The notes under the pieces are model-generated. The model was not told the DNA's origin. It was given only the letters and a program-made list of their open reading frames with translations, and did not search any database. The position numbers were made by a program, and so were the translations under genes. This document shows positions 24,474 through 36,560 of a stretch of DNA of 64,000 nucleotides, in pieces (within the stretch, counting starts at the first letter, position 1; every line of letters starts with the position of its first letter). This DNA comes from Octopus sinensis. Taxonomy: Eukaryota. The stretch covers positions 96,224,001 through 96,288,000 of the forward strand of contig NC_042997.1 in the NCBI RefSeq assembly GCF_006345805.1. Direction: 5' to 3'.

Positions 24474-26941
24474 ACCGCTACTATATTTTCTTTGGAATCT
24501 ATAATCGCAATGATATAAAAAATCGTAGGACATTAAAACGTCTTTTTCCAGAATGGAAATAATGATCCATAATGAAATAAAAACACCATTGTTAATAATT
24601 TCAGTAAAACAAGAGCATCGCAATAGTCTTCTGTGTATGTGCAAACACAGAAATATTGCTGATATTTTACATACTGTCTTCTTTACATTTACTTTCTATA
24701 TATTTTCCTTGGTGCCTAAAGATAGCTTTTATATATAAAACAAAAATCATTATGTACACATTGAAGAAATATTTTCTCAAAGACTTACTGCTCTTGTTGT
24801 TTGACCTAGAATAAAATTCGATCAGACTGATATATGACAAAGTCTTTCTACGAACGACACTTTTTTCATATATAAAACAGAATATTTAATTAATTGGTAG
24901 ATGATAGTCTTTCATTATTAAAGGAATTAAAGTCTTATTTTAGAAGGTCTAACGGCGACGTAGTGTTGCATGTCTCAACTGAATTCGTTGGATTTCTAGT
25001 TTTCCGATTGGAGACACAAAAGTTTCCCAAAGAAATTACGATAATATGTTATTTGAAACTTTGTATCCTAAGATGTATAAATCCATTATCTATAGGACGT
25101 AGGAGGGTTTTACGGGTAAAATTACAGCTTAGTACATAGTTGTGAAGAGAGTTTGTGTGAATAAGGATTTGGTCACAAAAAATTCCTTAAGTGCCACTAA
25201 TTTTAAAAACACTTTATGCCTTACCTAATATGTTATAATATTTTGTTCCATAAATTGCTAAAAGGAAGGAATAGTAACAATTTGTAATACTTATAAAAAG
25301 GTATTTCTTGAAACATAGTGTGTATTTCAATGGTTCAACAAGAGCAAAACTATTGAAACCCGTTGTTCTTGAGGGAATTCAGTCTATTCAATCTAAGTGT
25401 ATGTACTGTAACAAAAGTTGGTGATTAATTTGTGTTTCAATTTATCTTCTCAAGATTTTGGTATTCATTTTCGTTTTTCGTTCAGGTGATTTCATTGTTG
25501 TTATATTGTATTATGCAATTTAATGAGTTTTATTTCTTACAAGTATCGTATTTTTATTCTGTTGCTATTTCTCTTTGTTCCCATTCTTTTAAATAGAATC
25601 ATGGTATAACATTGAAAATTCAAAGGATTATGTATCCACACACTTAGAATGAGCTACGCCCACACACTTATAATTAGCTACGCACACACACACTGAGCAT
25701 ACATGTGTGTGTGTGCGTAATTCACTAATGCATTTGTGAGTAAGTGAGTGAACGCGCTCGTGAGTGTGTGTGTGTAAATACTATTTACAAGCAAAAAGCA
25801 ACAACGTAAATGATACTTCTTGTGAAAAGATTCGAACAAAATTACCCTTAGCAGAATTGTTATCACTGCAGCCACAGTAATTATTAACGCAAGTTCTTCA
25901 AATGTAGAAAAATAACTTGAGAACTGAAAACGGGGTAGTATGAAGGTGGAATCGCACAAGCGAAAATAAATAGATTGCAAAAGAGAAAAAAAGACAAAAA
26001 CAGTAACTTAGCTAACTGAAGCAAGGAGAAATATAGAATGAATATGCATAAACTAATAAGATGCAAATAGTTTAAGGAGAATCCATTTAAAAAAATTTAC
26101 GTATAATTTAACTAAATATAAAAATAAAAATATCGATGGGGGAGAAAAAGAAAAAGAGGGAAAATAATTGAAGCCAAACAAAAAGAAACAAACAACATTC
26201 GTATAATAGAATTTCATTCATCGGAAGGGAAGTATGGAGAAATTATGATGTTACAGAAATGTGGGAGATTTGAAGGAAATGCAGAAGAGATACTAAATAT
26301 AATTTGACAGATGAAATTCTTGGTTTTGCACAAGATCGCGGAAATATGATAAGGAAGAGAATGGGAATTTGTGAATTATTATTTTTGAAACAAAATAGTG
26401 TGAACGATTCAACTACTCAGAAGAGATTATTTTTGTTTCTGATTGAAGTTTTAGAAAACAAAATACAACTGATTGCCATTACAAGATAATGGAAGTTCTT
26501 AAGATTTAGTAGTAGCTGGCGTATACATAATTTAGTGTTCATTTTTGATCATATCTTCAATTTCGCTTCTTTCCTTTACTACTCATCACTCATTGGTCGA
26601 TTCTTTAAAATGTATATAGCATTCCTGTTTTTCTATGGAAATATAGTGTTTTCCATTTGCTTAAATCTTTCATCCATTCCATGAAAAAATACTGGTGTTA
26701 GTGCTTTGAATGTGTGTGCGTGTGGTTATGGTTCAAATTTGTACAAAGAAGGCAAAAAAACAGGAGACACAGACAGGGGGGGGGAGTAACAAAGTATTAA
26801 TTTCACGCCCAAGAATAATAGAAAGCATATATTTAATTTAATATTTCTATATTATAATTTCTATATTATAATTATAATTATAATTGTAACAGCGAATTGG
26901 ATGTTTTACATTCATTTGGAGGAATAGTTTTTTCCTTCGCT

Positions 26942-27005
<64 letters not shown>

Positions 27006-28239
27006 ATTAAAAATTAACTTCAATCTTCCTTGCTGGCTTGCAATGTCACCCAGCCAAACTGGCGTATAATGGGAAAATACTATGAACTAAGCTCCCCTGA
27101 CATGTGAATACATACAGAATAAAACAAGTTTCGCGTAAATCGGACAACTGGTTGTTGAGATATTAGGGGTTTTCTAGGTATAAATATCCAAAACTATGCA
27201 TAATGGGAAAATATTCCGAAAATAACTTAACCCTGAAAGGGAAGAAACTCTGACCTTTCTATTAGAAACATTAGTGACTTGACAACGAAAAAATACGAAG
27301 TGTTTAAAATAGTTTTAACATTTAAAAATATTTTTAAGAGGATGTGATTTCAAGAAAGTAAGTTGTTTTTATAGTAAGAGTTTATAGTTTAGCTTTCTTT
27401 AAACAGACAATATTTTTATGTTTTTTTTAAATTATTTTCACGTGAATACAATTACAAAAAATTTTTGGCATGTTTAAAAAATATTTTAAAATGATAAGGA
27501 CTTTAAAAATGCGGTAAATATTTCGCAAAAGATCCGCTCATAACCTCCATGTGAAATAACTTTTTTCCATAAGATTTTTTCGAGTGCATTCAACATATCT
27601 CACCTCCAAAGATTTGGCTGATATTTGTAGCACGTCCTGCTACAACGTAACAGATATTTCTGATAAAGGACCCGAAATAGTTGCTACGTGGTTGCAGGGC
27701 GTACAAGAAATAACAGTCAAATCTATCTTTTTCTGGGGAAAGAGCCATTTACGCCTGCTTTTGATGCCACATTCATTGAAAGCATGCAAAATAAGGGGGA
27801 AAGAAAAAACTCACGAAACAAACCTCCGTTGGTGGGAAACTTAGAGTTTTGCCGCACTTTTAATCGCAAAATGATAAAAGACGGATGGGCGACATACGCC
27901 TCCATTCTAGCAACGCAGACAGTCAAGGTGACAATCAAGTAACTCTGTCGCCACGTATATCTGTGCAATTGACATTGTATATTTTGGGTCCGACCGCATG
28001 TTGTCACAGAGATAGCTTTCTGTAATTTCAGGGCAGTTTGTCTCTCTACCAGTCAGCAAACATTTATGCTATTCATTGTAAACAGTTAACACCTAATGTC
28101 TTTATGTCTGGCAATAAATATTTCAGTTAAATGGACGCATATATGTTTCAGTTATTATCCATCTAAGCAACGAAATATAACTTCATTTATCAGCTCCACA
28201 TTGCATCAATGCAAGCCACCATGACAACAAGTGTAATAA

Positions 28240-28385
28240 TAGAGACTTCAAATTTTGACACAAGACCAGCAATTTCGGGGGACGAGATTAGTCGATTAAA
28301 TCTTCCCCAGTGTTAAACTAGCCCTTCTTTCATCGAGGCCGAAAGGTAAAATTGACCTCAGTGGAATTTGAAGTCAGAAAGTAAA
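28240..28385 (-). mobile_element. SINE family B fragment
   Basis: gtcgattaaatcttccccagtg...ccgaaaggtaaaattgacctcagtggaatttgaagtcagaa matches the family B core. Confidence 0.6.
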
Positions 28386-29606
28386 GAAGCGATTAAGCTT
28401 GGGCAGCAAAAAAACATTCACCAAATGTGTGCCTCGGACAGATACATTCAAACGCACATCTAAAGTTTAATTATACGTGGGGAAAACAGACATATAAATA
28501 TATTTGAACCCTGCAGTATTTGTGACAATTCTACAATGAGAGATTCTGAATAAAGAACTTGTTAGCAATTTACAAGCATTTTCCCCTAGCACTTTACTGC
28601 TTCATCCATCTCAACTGGTCTCGAAGAAAATGGATACATGTAAACTATACATTCCACGTAACTTTTACCTATAATGTTAATTCTCGGAATTTGAAACAAA
28701 GTGCGCCAACAGTTCTGCCAACATACTGAATTTTAAGGAGTAGCTACCGATGTAAGATTCTGAACGATTATATATGCACACATGACAAAGGGAACCTATG
28801 TGTATGTCAGTGCAGCAGCTACCACAGGAAATGAGATCTCATAAAAATTCTCACTGTGCCATCTTAAAACATCACAATAATATGAGATGTCATCATCCTA
28901 TACACACCATAGCTGGAAAACAGGCGAAATAGTCACACCATGAGCATCCGATTATATCAGCCGAGCGTTTCCTTTGCGGAGACTTGAGGTTGAAATCAAT
29001 AACAGCAACGATAATGCATGGAAATTTATAGCTATTTGCTCAGAAACTGTTACATTAATATAAATCATCTTACGTAGCATTCCGTTACACCTTTGAATTG
29101 CACGTATACACCAATCGACATGTTTCCTCTTAGTTAATTCTGCTCAAATTTATTCACAAGACTTGAATCGGCCCAATGATAAGGTGAAATAGGATCGAAC
29201 CGGAAACATTGTGAGTGTTAAATAAACATATTCATCATTAGATAAAGAGAATATTACATTTCACCAGGACTGATAGTATATACATCGCGAGATTCATACT
29301 AATACCTTTTACAGTAGAGTTGATTCATAGAAACGTATCATACAGTAGATAAGCAAATATTGAATCATTTAACAACATTTACAGTAGATATTGATTATTA
29401 ACTAAAATCTGGAACAAATACGAAATTTCTAATCAACTGTCCCGTTTAAAGGACAGTATGAACAAGTGGAGACTGGAGATGCAAAGGCGAACAAGACTGT
29501 TAGATTTGAGTTAGGAGAAAGAGAACTAGATAAACATAGATATATCGTCTTACACGTAAGTTGCAAATGAAACAGCTTGGTAGAAATTTGAATAGATATA
29601 CGTGTA

Positions 29607-30455
29607 CGAGGTCTGATCCATAAGTGTCCGGACTGTTACCATAGTATCAAAGATGGAGCATACAGAGTAAAGCCGCTTGGTTCAGAGTGACCATGGATTC
29701 TGTTGCACATGCGCAACAAATTTTGACGCCCCTGCTTCATTTCCGCTGTTTATAGCAGCGCATGGAAAGAAGGTCTGTACAGTATGATCGTCGCATCGAC
29801 GATTACAGGGAAAGTTGTAATGGCGATAGTAGCCCAGAGGCCTACGTAAGGTTGTAGAATGTGTATGGAGATTAGTGCATGAGCTGCACACAAGTGTACA
29901 AGTGGTTCAGACGTTTCCAAGATGGCCGAGAAAATGTCGATATTGAAGCAAACTGAGCAGAACTGAGAAAAACATCACAGATGTTTGTGCAGCTGTGAGG
30001 GGGAAATCGTCGAATCACCATCCGTGAGTTATCAGAGGATGTGCAGATTAGTTACAGTTCAGTCCAGTTCATTATCACTTACGATTTGGGTATGAGACGC
30101 GTGCCTGTCAAGTTTGTGTCAAAACTGCTTTCAGCTGACCAAAGAGACAGTCGGGTTTCAGTTGCACAAGATTCCCTTGGTTGTGTCGAGAAAGATGAAA
30201 ACTTTTCGAAGATTTCGCGCAGGGCTCTGAGCAGGTATCACTAGGATTTTTAGAAAATTTGATGTATATTCTCTGCTCAACATTTTGTGTCATGGTCAAT
30301 GTCACAGTCACAGGCTACACACGTTCCTTCTAAGCACTGCTGTAAACAACGGAAGTGAGCCAGAACGGTAAAACTTAGTCACCACAGAGTTCGCAGTCAA
30401 TTTGCGCCAGGCGGATTCACTTTGTGAGCTCTACCTTCGTAACTATGGCAACAGT
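29607..30455 (+). mobile_element. Internally deleted mariner transposon
   Basis: TA-CGAGGTCTGATCCATAAGTGTCCGGACTG terminus; transposase HTH remnant NRRITIRELSEDVQISYSSVQFIITYDLGMRRVPVKFVSKLL; partial right inverted repeat. Confidence 0.85.
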
Positions 30456-30539
30456 GTAGATAGATAAATACACTTAGATAGATACATACATACATAAATA
30501 GACGCAGACACGTGTGTATTCTTCCTCTCTCGCGCGCGC

Positions 30540-30572
<33 letters not shown>

Positions 30573-30915
30573 GTTTGGATACAAATAACTATGGGAGGCC
30601 AGTAGCATGAATTTGAAAATCAGGGAAGATTATCTTAATACTATAAATGATAAATTCTTCATACACTGATATTATTTCTTATCCTTGAGACAATGGAACA
30701 GTCAGTTTGAGTTAGATTTGATCAAAACTCTGGAGCTAATGATAATCAAAAGAACAAAAATACTCTCTCGGATCGACAGCTCATTAAGGGAAAGAGAGCC
30801 TGATAGTCTGGAGACAAGATTAATTGCATAAATGTTTTTCTGCCTCAGCGGGCAGAAAGACGTCAAACACACACACACACACAGACGCACACACACACAC
30901 ACACGCACGCACACA

Positions 30916-30959
<44 letters not shown>

Positions 30960-31395
30960 TAACAATATACGAATGTACATGCAGGCAAATATATATATAT
31001 GCTTTATTAAAAAGCAGCAGAATTATTACAAAATCTGTTACTCAGAGTTTCATGTTCCCGTTCGTCGGACGGTTTTCTATAAAACTCTAAACAAAGCTGT
31101 TCGACGAAAGGGGACGTGAAAGTAACAGTTTTTGTGATAATTTTTCTGCTTTTCAATAAAGCCTATCACTCTAGATCTCGTATTCGAGAACTAACTTTCC
31201 ACCTTGTTTCGCAAATACGTGCATAACCTGACATATATACATATGTATATGTGTGTGTATGTGTGTGTGTGAGTGTGTATGTGTGTGTGTTTGTGTGTGT
31301 GTGCGCGCGCTTGGGTGAGAGAGAAAGAAAGAGAAACGACCTATATTACGTCTTGCGTAAGGTACAATTCTTCTACCGCATACACACAGATACAC

Positions 31396-31446
<51 letters not shown>

Positions 31447-31629
31447 CGGTGGAATACAATTATCCTACAGATAATTTGCAGAAATAAAACTTAAATAAAC
31501 TAAAGAGAATAATTCGGATTGTCCAATGATGATAAATACGAATGTATTCAATAGCATAAAAGTTACTGGACATTTGAGTTCGTATGTGTGCACATGTATT
31601 TGTATATATGTATATCTTATATCTCTTAA

Positions 31630-32107
31630 ATTTTTCAGTCATTATACTTTGGCAATCGTGGGGACACCACTTTGAAGAACATTAGGCGAACGAATCGACA
31701 CCAGTGCTTATTTGTTGAGACCTGGTACTTTTTCTATTGTTGACTTTTACTGGACTGATATGCTTTGAGACGTGAATACACCGACACTTGTTGTGAAGCA
31801 GCGGTAGAGAACACACACTGAATGACACACACAGACACATACATACATTCATACGTAGTACCTACATACATTCATACATATACACACGCATACATACATA
31901 TATGCATACATACCATACATACATACATAACTACGTACATATATACGACGAGCTTCTTTGAGTATCTGTCTTCCAAATTAACTCGCAAGGCTTTCGTTGG
32001 CCCGGGGCTGTAGTCGAAGAGACTTGGTCATAGTTCCAACCAGTCGAACTGAACGTGAAAACATGGTGTTCAATAACAAAATTCTTATTACAAATCCACG
32101 CCTGCGC
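31630..32107 (-). mobile_element. Diverged SINE family A copy (duplicated at ~35968-36433)
   Basis: ttttcagtcatt...atacgacgagcttctttg...ggcccggggctgtagtcgaagagacttgg...caaatccacgcctgc. Confidence 0.7.
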
Positions 32108-32113
32108 CTACTG

Positions 32114-32232
32114 AAACGCTTAAAGTACCTAGGTTTCCCAAGTCGTTGCCCATCAAAGAGCTAACTTCGTTCGAAATTGCTTAACTTCGGTTACTGGACG
32201 AGAACCGCTGCATCCAAGGTGATGTTTGGATG
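32114..32232 (-). pseudogene. 5S rRNA-like sequence, copy A
   Basis: Minus strand atcaccttggatgcagcggttctcgtccagtaaccgaagttaagcaatttcgaacgaagttagctctttgatgggcaacgacttgggaaacctaggtactttaagcgttt aligns along the length of metazoan 5S rRNA as I recall it (box A AGTTAAGCAA, box C-like TTTGATGGG). Confidence 0.75.
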
Positions 32233-33654
32233 TACAGGTGAAATTCTGTAAGAATTAAAGCTGTTAAAACGAAGTGTACTGAATCCCGAATTCTTTTATC
32301 TCCCGTCACATCTTGCTAAGACATCAATAAATGCATCACGTTATTAGGAAATTCGGAGTTACTTTGTTCAACTGAAATGTTCGTATATTTTTGTACAATT
32401 CGAGTTAAGTGGAACACTAGCCGTTAAAACTTTTTCGCTAAAGCAAAGGAAAATCGATCAACTTCTTTACGCATGTAATGTTACTCACAGTCACAAATCT
32501 TATATGTGACATTTCATATATGTGACATTTGTGTATATGGTTATTAGAATATCAAGAGACGGACACAGTGCACGTATAATTTAAGGAAACGTTTGTATTC
32601 TTAGAAGGCATAGTAAAAGCGTTCTTAAATCGTTTTATCAGGAATTATCAAGTTCAATCTTATTAAGTTGACTTTTCAACGTCTTCGTTATTTTATATAT
32701 AAATTTAATGCTCTGCCCGCTTTGCTGTGGCATTCGATTAATGATTTTCTAACGTACAAAAATTGTTTTGCAGTTGCTGTAAGTAAAATAAAACATAAAG
32801 ACAATATAAAATATCTCTTTGAGAAAAACAGGAATTGGTTTTTAATTGTACTAGTAATGTTTGTGTAACTGACCGTTGAAATATGCATACTCTACATAGG
32901 AAAAGAACATGACAAATTACATTGTTTTACTTTCTGTTTTGCGAAATTTCTATTTCCGTTCGAATTGTAATGGTTGCCTGTTTTCATACTGTGGAAAACG
33001 ACGCGAATTAAAGGCGACAGTTTATGTCCCAAGAAATATTAGCTATTCTTGACATAATGGATTTTGAGGGAAAAAGAAAAGTTTGCTTATAATAAAAGGT
33101 CACGCCGTCAACATTGTCCGCGATAGTTAAAGTACAGTGACAAGTTCAAGAAAAGTCGAAATTAGTAAGAGCTGTGATGTAAGAATACTTTTACAAAGAT
33201 ATTTTTGTCTAATATATAAACCTGAGAGAATTAGATATTGAGGTTAGCGGACTGCTTCTTCAAGCAAAGACTGTGAATACCAACATAATACAGGTAGTTG
33301 GACATTCAGAACGGTGACTAAGAGCTGGATCGATTTCGTAACAGATAAGGGGCAACTGCAGATGATCCTGTAATAAAATATGCTAGTGGAATGTTAGTGT
33401 GTTCATAATCACACCTTTACACAACATGGAATCAGTCTGCGTTATGATCTGGTTTAAGTGTTTTTACAACCTTCCAATGAATTGAAGTTTTTTTTTTCTA
33501 TAATAGAATCTTGAAGAGATCGAAATGGATGTTAATCGAAACGCTCAAAGATAGGTGAGCAAGATGGGTATGATAGCATATCCCAGTGTGTGATCGTCGA
33601 ATTAACCATGACAGAGAAATTTTTAAGGGCAATAACAGCTCAAGACGTCTACCC

Positions 33655-34295
33655 AAAGTTGCAGAAAGTGTATTGAAATGAGTGTATGAGATGCACGCAA
33701 GTGTACGAGTGGTTCAGACGTTTCCACGATGGCTGAAAAAATGTCGATACTGACTTACGTTGTGGAAGACTCCCAACCAGCAAAACTAAGAAAAACATCG
33801 TAGATGTGTGTGCACCTGTGAGGGGAAATCGTCGAATCACCATCCGTGACCTGTTAGAGGATGTACAGATTAATTACGGTTCAGCTCAGTCCATTATCAC
33901 TTACGATTTGGGTATGAGACGCATGCCTGCCAAGTTTGTGTCAAAATTGCTTTCAGCTGACGAAAAAGAAACAAGGGTTTCAGTTGCACAAGATCTTCTT
34001 GGTTGTGTCGAGAAAGATGGAAACTTTTTGAAGACATCGCGTACGTCTCTAAGAAGATATCACTAGGATTTTGACAAAATATATATTTCTCTGCTCAACT
34101 TTCTGTGTCATAGTCAATGTCACGATCAAACAATACACACGTTCCTTCCAAGCACTTCTGTAAACAGCAGAAGTGAGCCAGAACGTTAAAACTTAGGGTA
34201 CAGGTACCACAGAGTTCACAGTCAACCTGCACCATGCGGCTTCACTTTGCAAGCTCTATCTTCGTTACTGTGGCAACACTCCGAACACTTATTGA
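33655..34295 (+). mobile_element. Duplicate of the mariner remnant (5' end missing)
   Basis: ORF 33806-34066 RGNRRITIRDLLEDVQINYGSAQSIITYDLGMRRMPAKFVSKLL; right terminus caacactccgaacacttattgat. Confidence 0.85.
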
Positions 34296-34791
34296 TAATT
34301 AGATACATTCATACGTACAGATAGAGAGAAATACACATCTATACATATTTAGATACACGCAGACGCGTGTGTATGTTTGTGCGTGTCGTTCTCTCTCAAT
34401 CTCCATCTCTATCTATCTATCTATCTATCTATCTCTTTGTGTTTGGATAAAAATAAATATGAGAGGACTATAGTATGAATTAGAAAGTAAAGGAAGATTA
34501 TTTTAATATTATACATGATAAATTCTTAATACACTGAAATTATTTCTTATGCTTGAGACAATAGAACAGTCAGTTTGAGTTTGATAGGATCAAATCCCTG
34601 GAGCTAATGATAACCACAAGACCAAAAAAATTCTCTCGGATCGACAGCTCATTAAGGGAAAGATAGCCTGATAGTCTGTTGACAAGCGACTAGTTGTATA
34701 TATGTCTTTCTGCCTCAGTAGGCAGAAAGACGTCAAATACACAAACACAAAGAACAATATACGAATGTACCATACATACATATATACATAC

Positions 34792-34834
<43 letters not shown>

Positions 34835-34954
34835 ATATATATGATAATTTTCAGATTTCTTTATGCTAAGCTACTGGATTAAATTGATATTAATAAATAA
34901 TATTCAATTATCTCCCTCATTATTTATATATATATATATATATATATAATATAT

Positions 34955-34999
<45 letters not shown>

Positions 35000-35000
35000 G

Positions 35001-35091
<91 letters not shown>

Positions 35092-35437
35092 ATGATCTAT
35101 GTATGTATGTATGTGCGTGTGAGAGAGAGGGGGACAGGCAAGCAGACAGACAGATGACCTACATTACGTCTTACGTACAGTACAGTCTTCTACCGCATAC
35201 ACACACATATGTATATATATATATTATATATATATATATATATGTTATATATATATAATTATATATATATATTATATATATATAATATATTATATATATA
35301 TAGATATATATATTATATATATCTTTATATAAGCTCATTTTTAAATTGATTTATTGCTAAGCTAATGGATTTTAAATTGATATTAATTAAATATATATTA
35401 TATTATACTCTATTCATATATTTATATATATTTATAC

Positions 35438-35502
<65 letters not shown>

Positions 35503-35516
35503 TATATATATATATA

Positions 35517-35548
<32 letters not shown>

Positions 35549-35678
35549 GCATCTATGTATGTATGTATGTGCGTGTGAGAGAGAGGGGGACAGGCAAGCA
35601 GACACAGACAGATGACCTACATTACGTCTTACGTACAGTACAGTTCTTCTACCGCATACACACACATATTATATATAT

Positions 35679-35776
<98 letters not shown>

Positions 35777-36441
35777 CATACATATAAGCGGTGGAATACA
35801 ATTATCCTACAGATAATTTGCAGATAAAACTTAAATAAACTAAAGAGAATAATTCGGATTGTCCAATGATGATAAATACGAATGTATTCAATAGCATAAA
35901 AGTTACTGGACATTTGAGTTCGTATGTGTGCACATGTATTTGTATATATGTATATCTTATATCTCTTAAATTTTTCAGTCATTATACTTTGGCAATCGTG
36001 GGGACACCACTTTGAAGAACATTAGGCGAACGAATCGACACCAGTGCGTACTTGTTGAGACCTGGTACTTTTTCTATTGTTGACTTTTACTGGACTGATA
36101 TGTTTTGTGACGTGAATCAACCAACACTTGTTATGAAGAACACATACTCAAAGTCACACACAGACACATACATACATAGTACCTACATACATCCATACAT
36201 ACACACACGCATGCACATACATGTACATTCGTACATACACACATACATATATACACTCATATATACATTTATACGACGGGCTTCTTTAAGTCGCTGTCTA
36301 CCAAATTCACTTGCAAGACTTTTGTTGGCCCGGGGTTGTAGCAGAAGAGATTTGGTCATTGTTCCAAGCAGTCGAACTGAACGTGAAAGCATGTTATTCA
36401 ATAACAAAATTCTTATTACAAATCCACGCCTGCCCCTACTG

Positions 36442-36560
36442 AAATGCTTACGGTACCTAGGTTTCCCAACCGGTCACCCATCAAAGAGCTAAATTCATTC
36501 GTCGTTGCTTAACTTCGGTTACTGGACGAGAACCGCTGCATCCAAGGTGATGTTTGGATG
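36442..36560 (-). pseudogene. 5S rRNA-like sequence, copy B
   Basis: ggttctcgtccagtaaccgaagttaagcaacgacg...tttgatgggtgaccggttgggaaacctaggtaccgtaagcattt; closer to the 5S consensus than copy A. Only TTT at the 3' end. Confidence 0.8.

Noticed and set aside
27050-28150. Possible piggyBac-like element (TTAACCCT at ~27228, short ORFs 27584-28007)
   Set aside because: No matching opposite terminus or transposase motif found.
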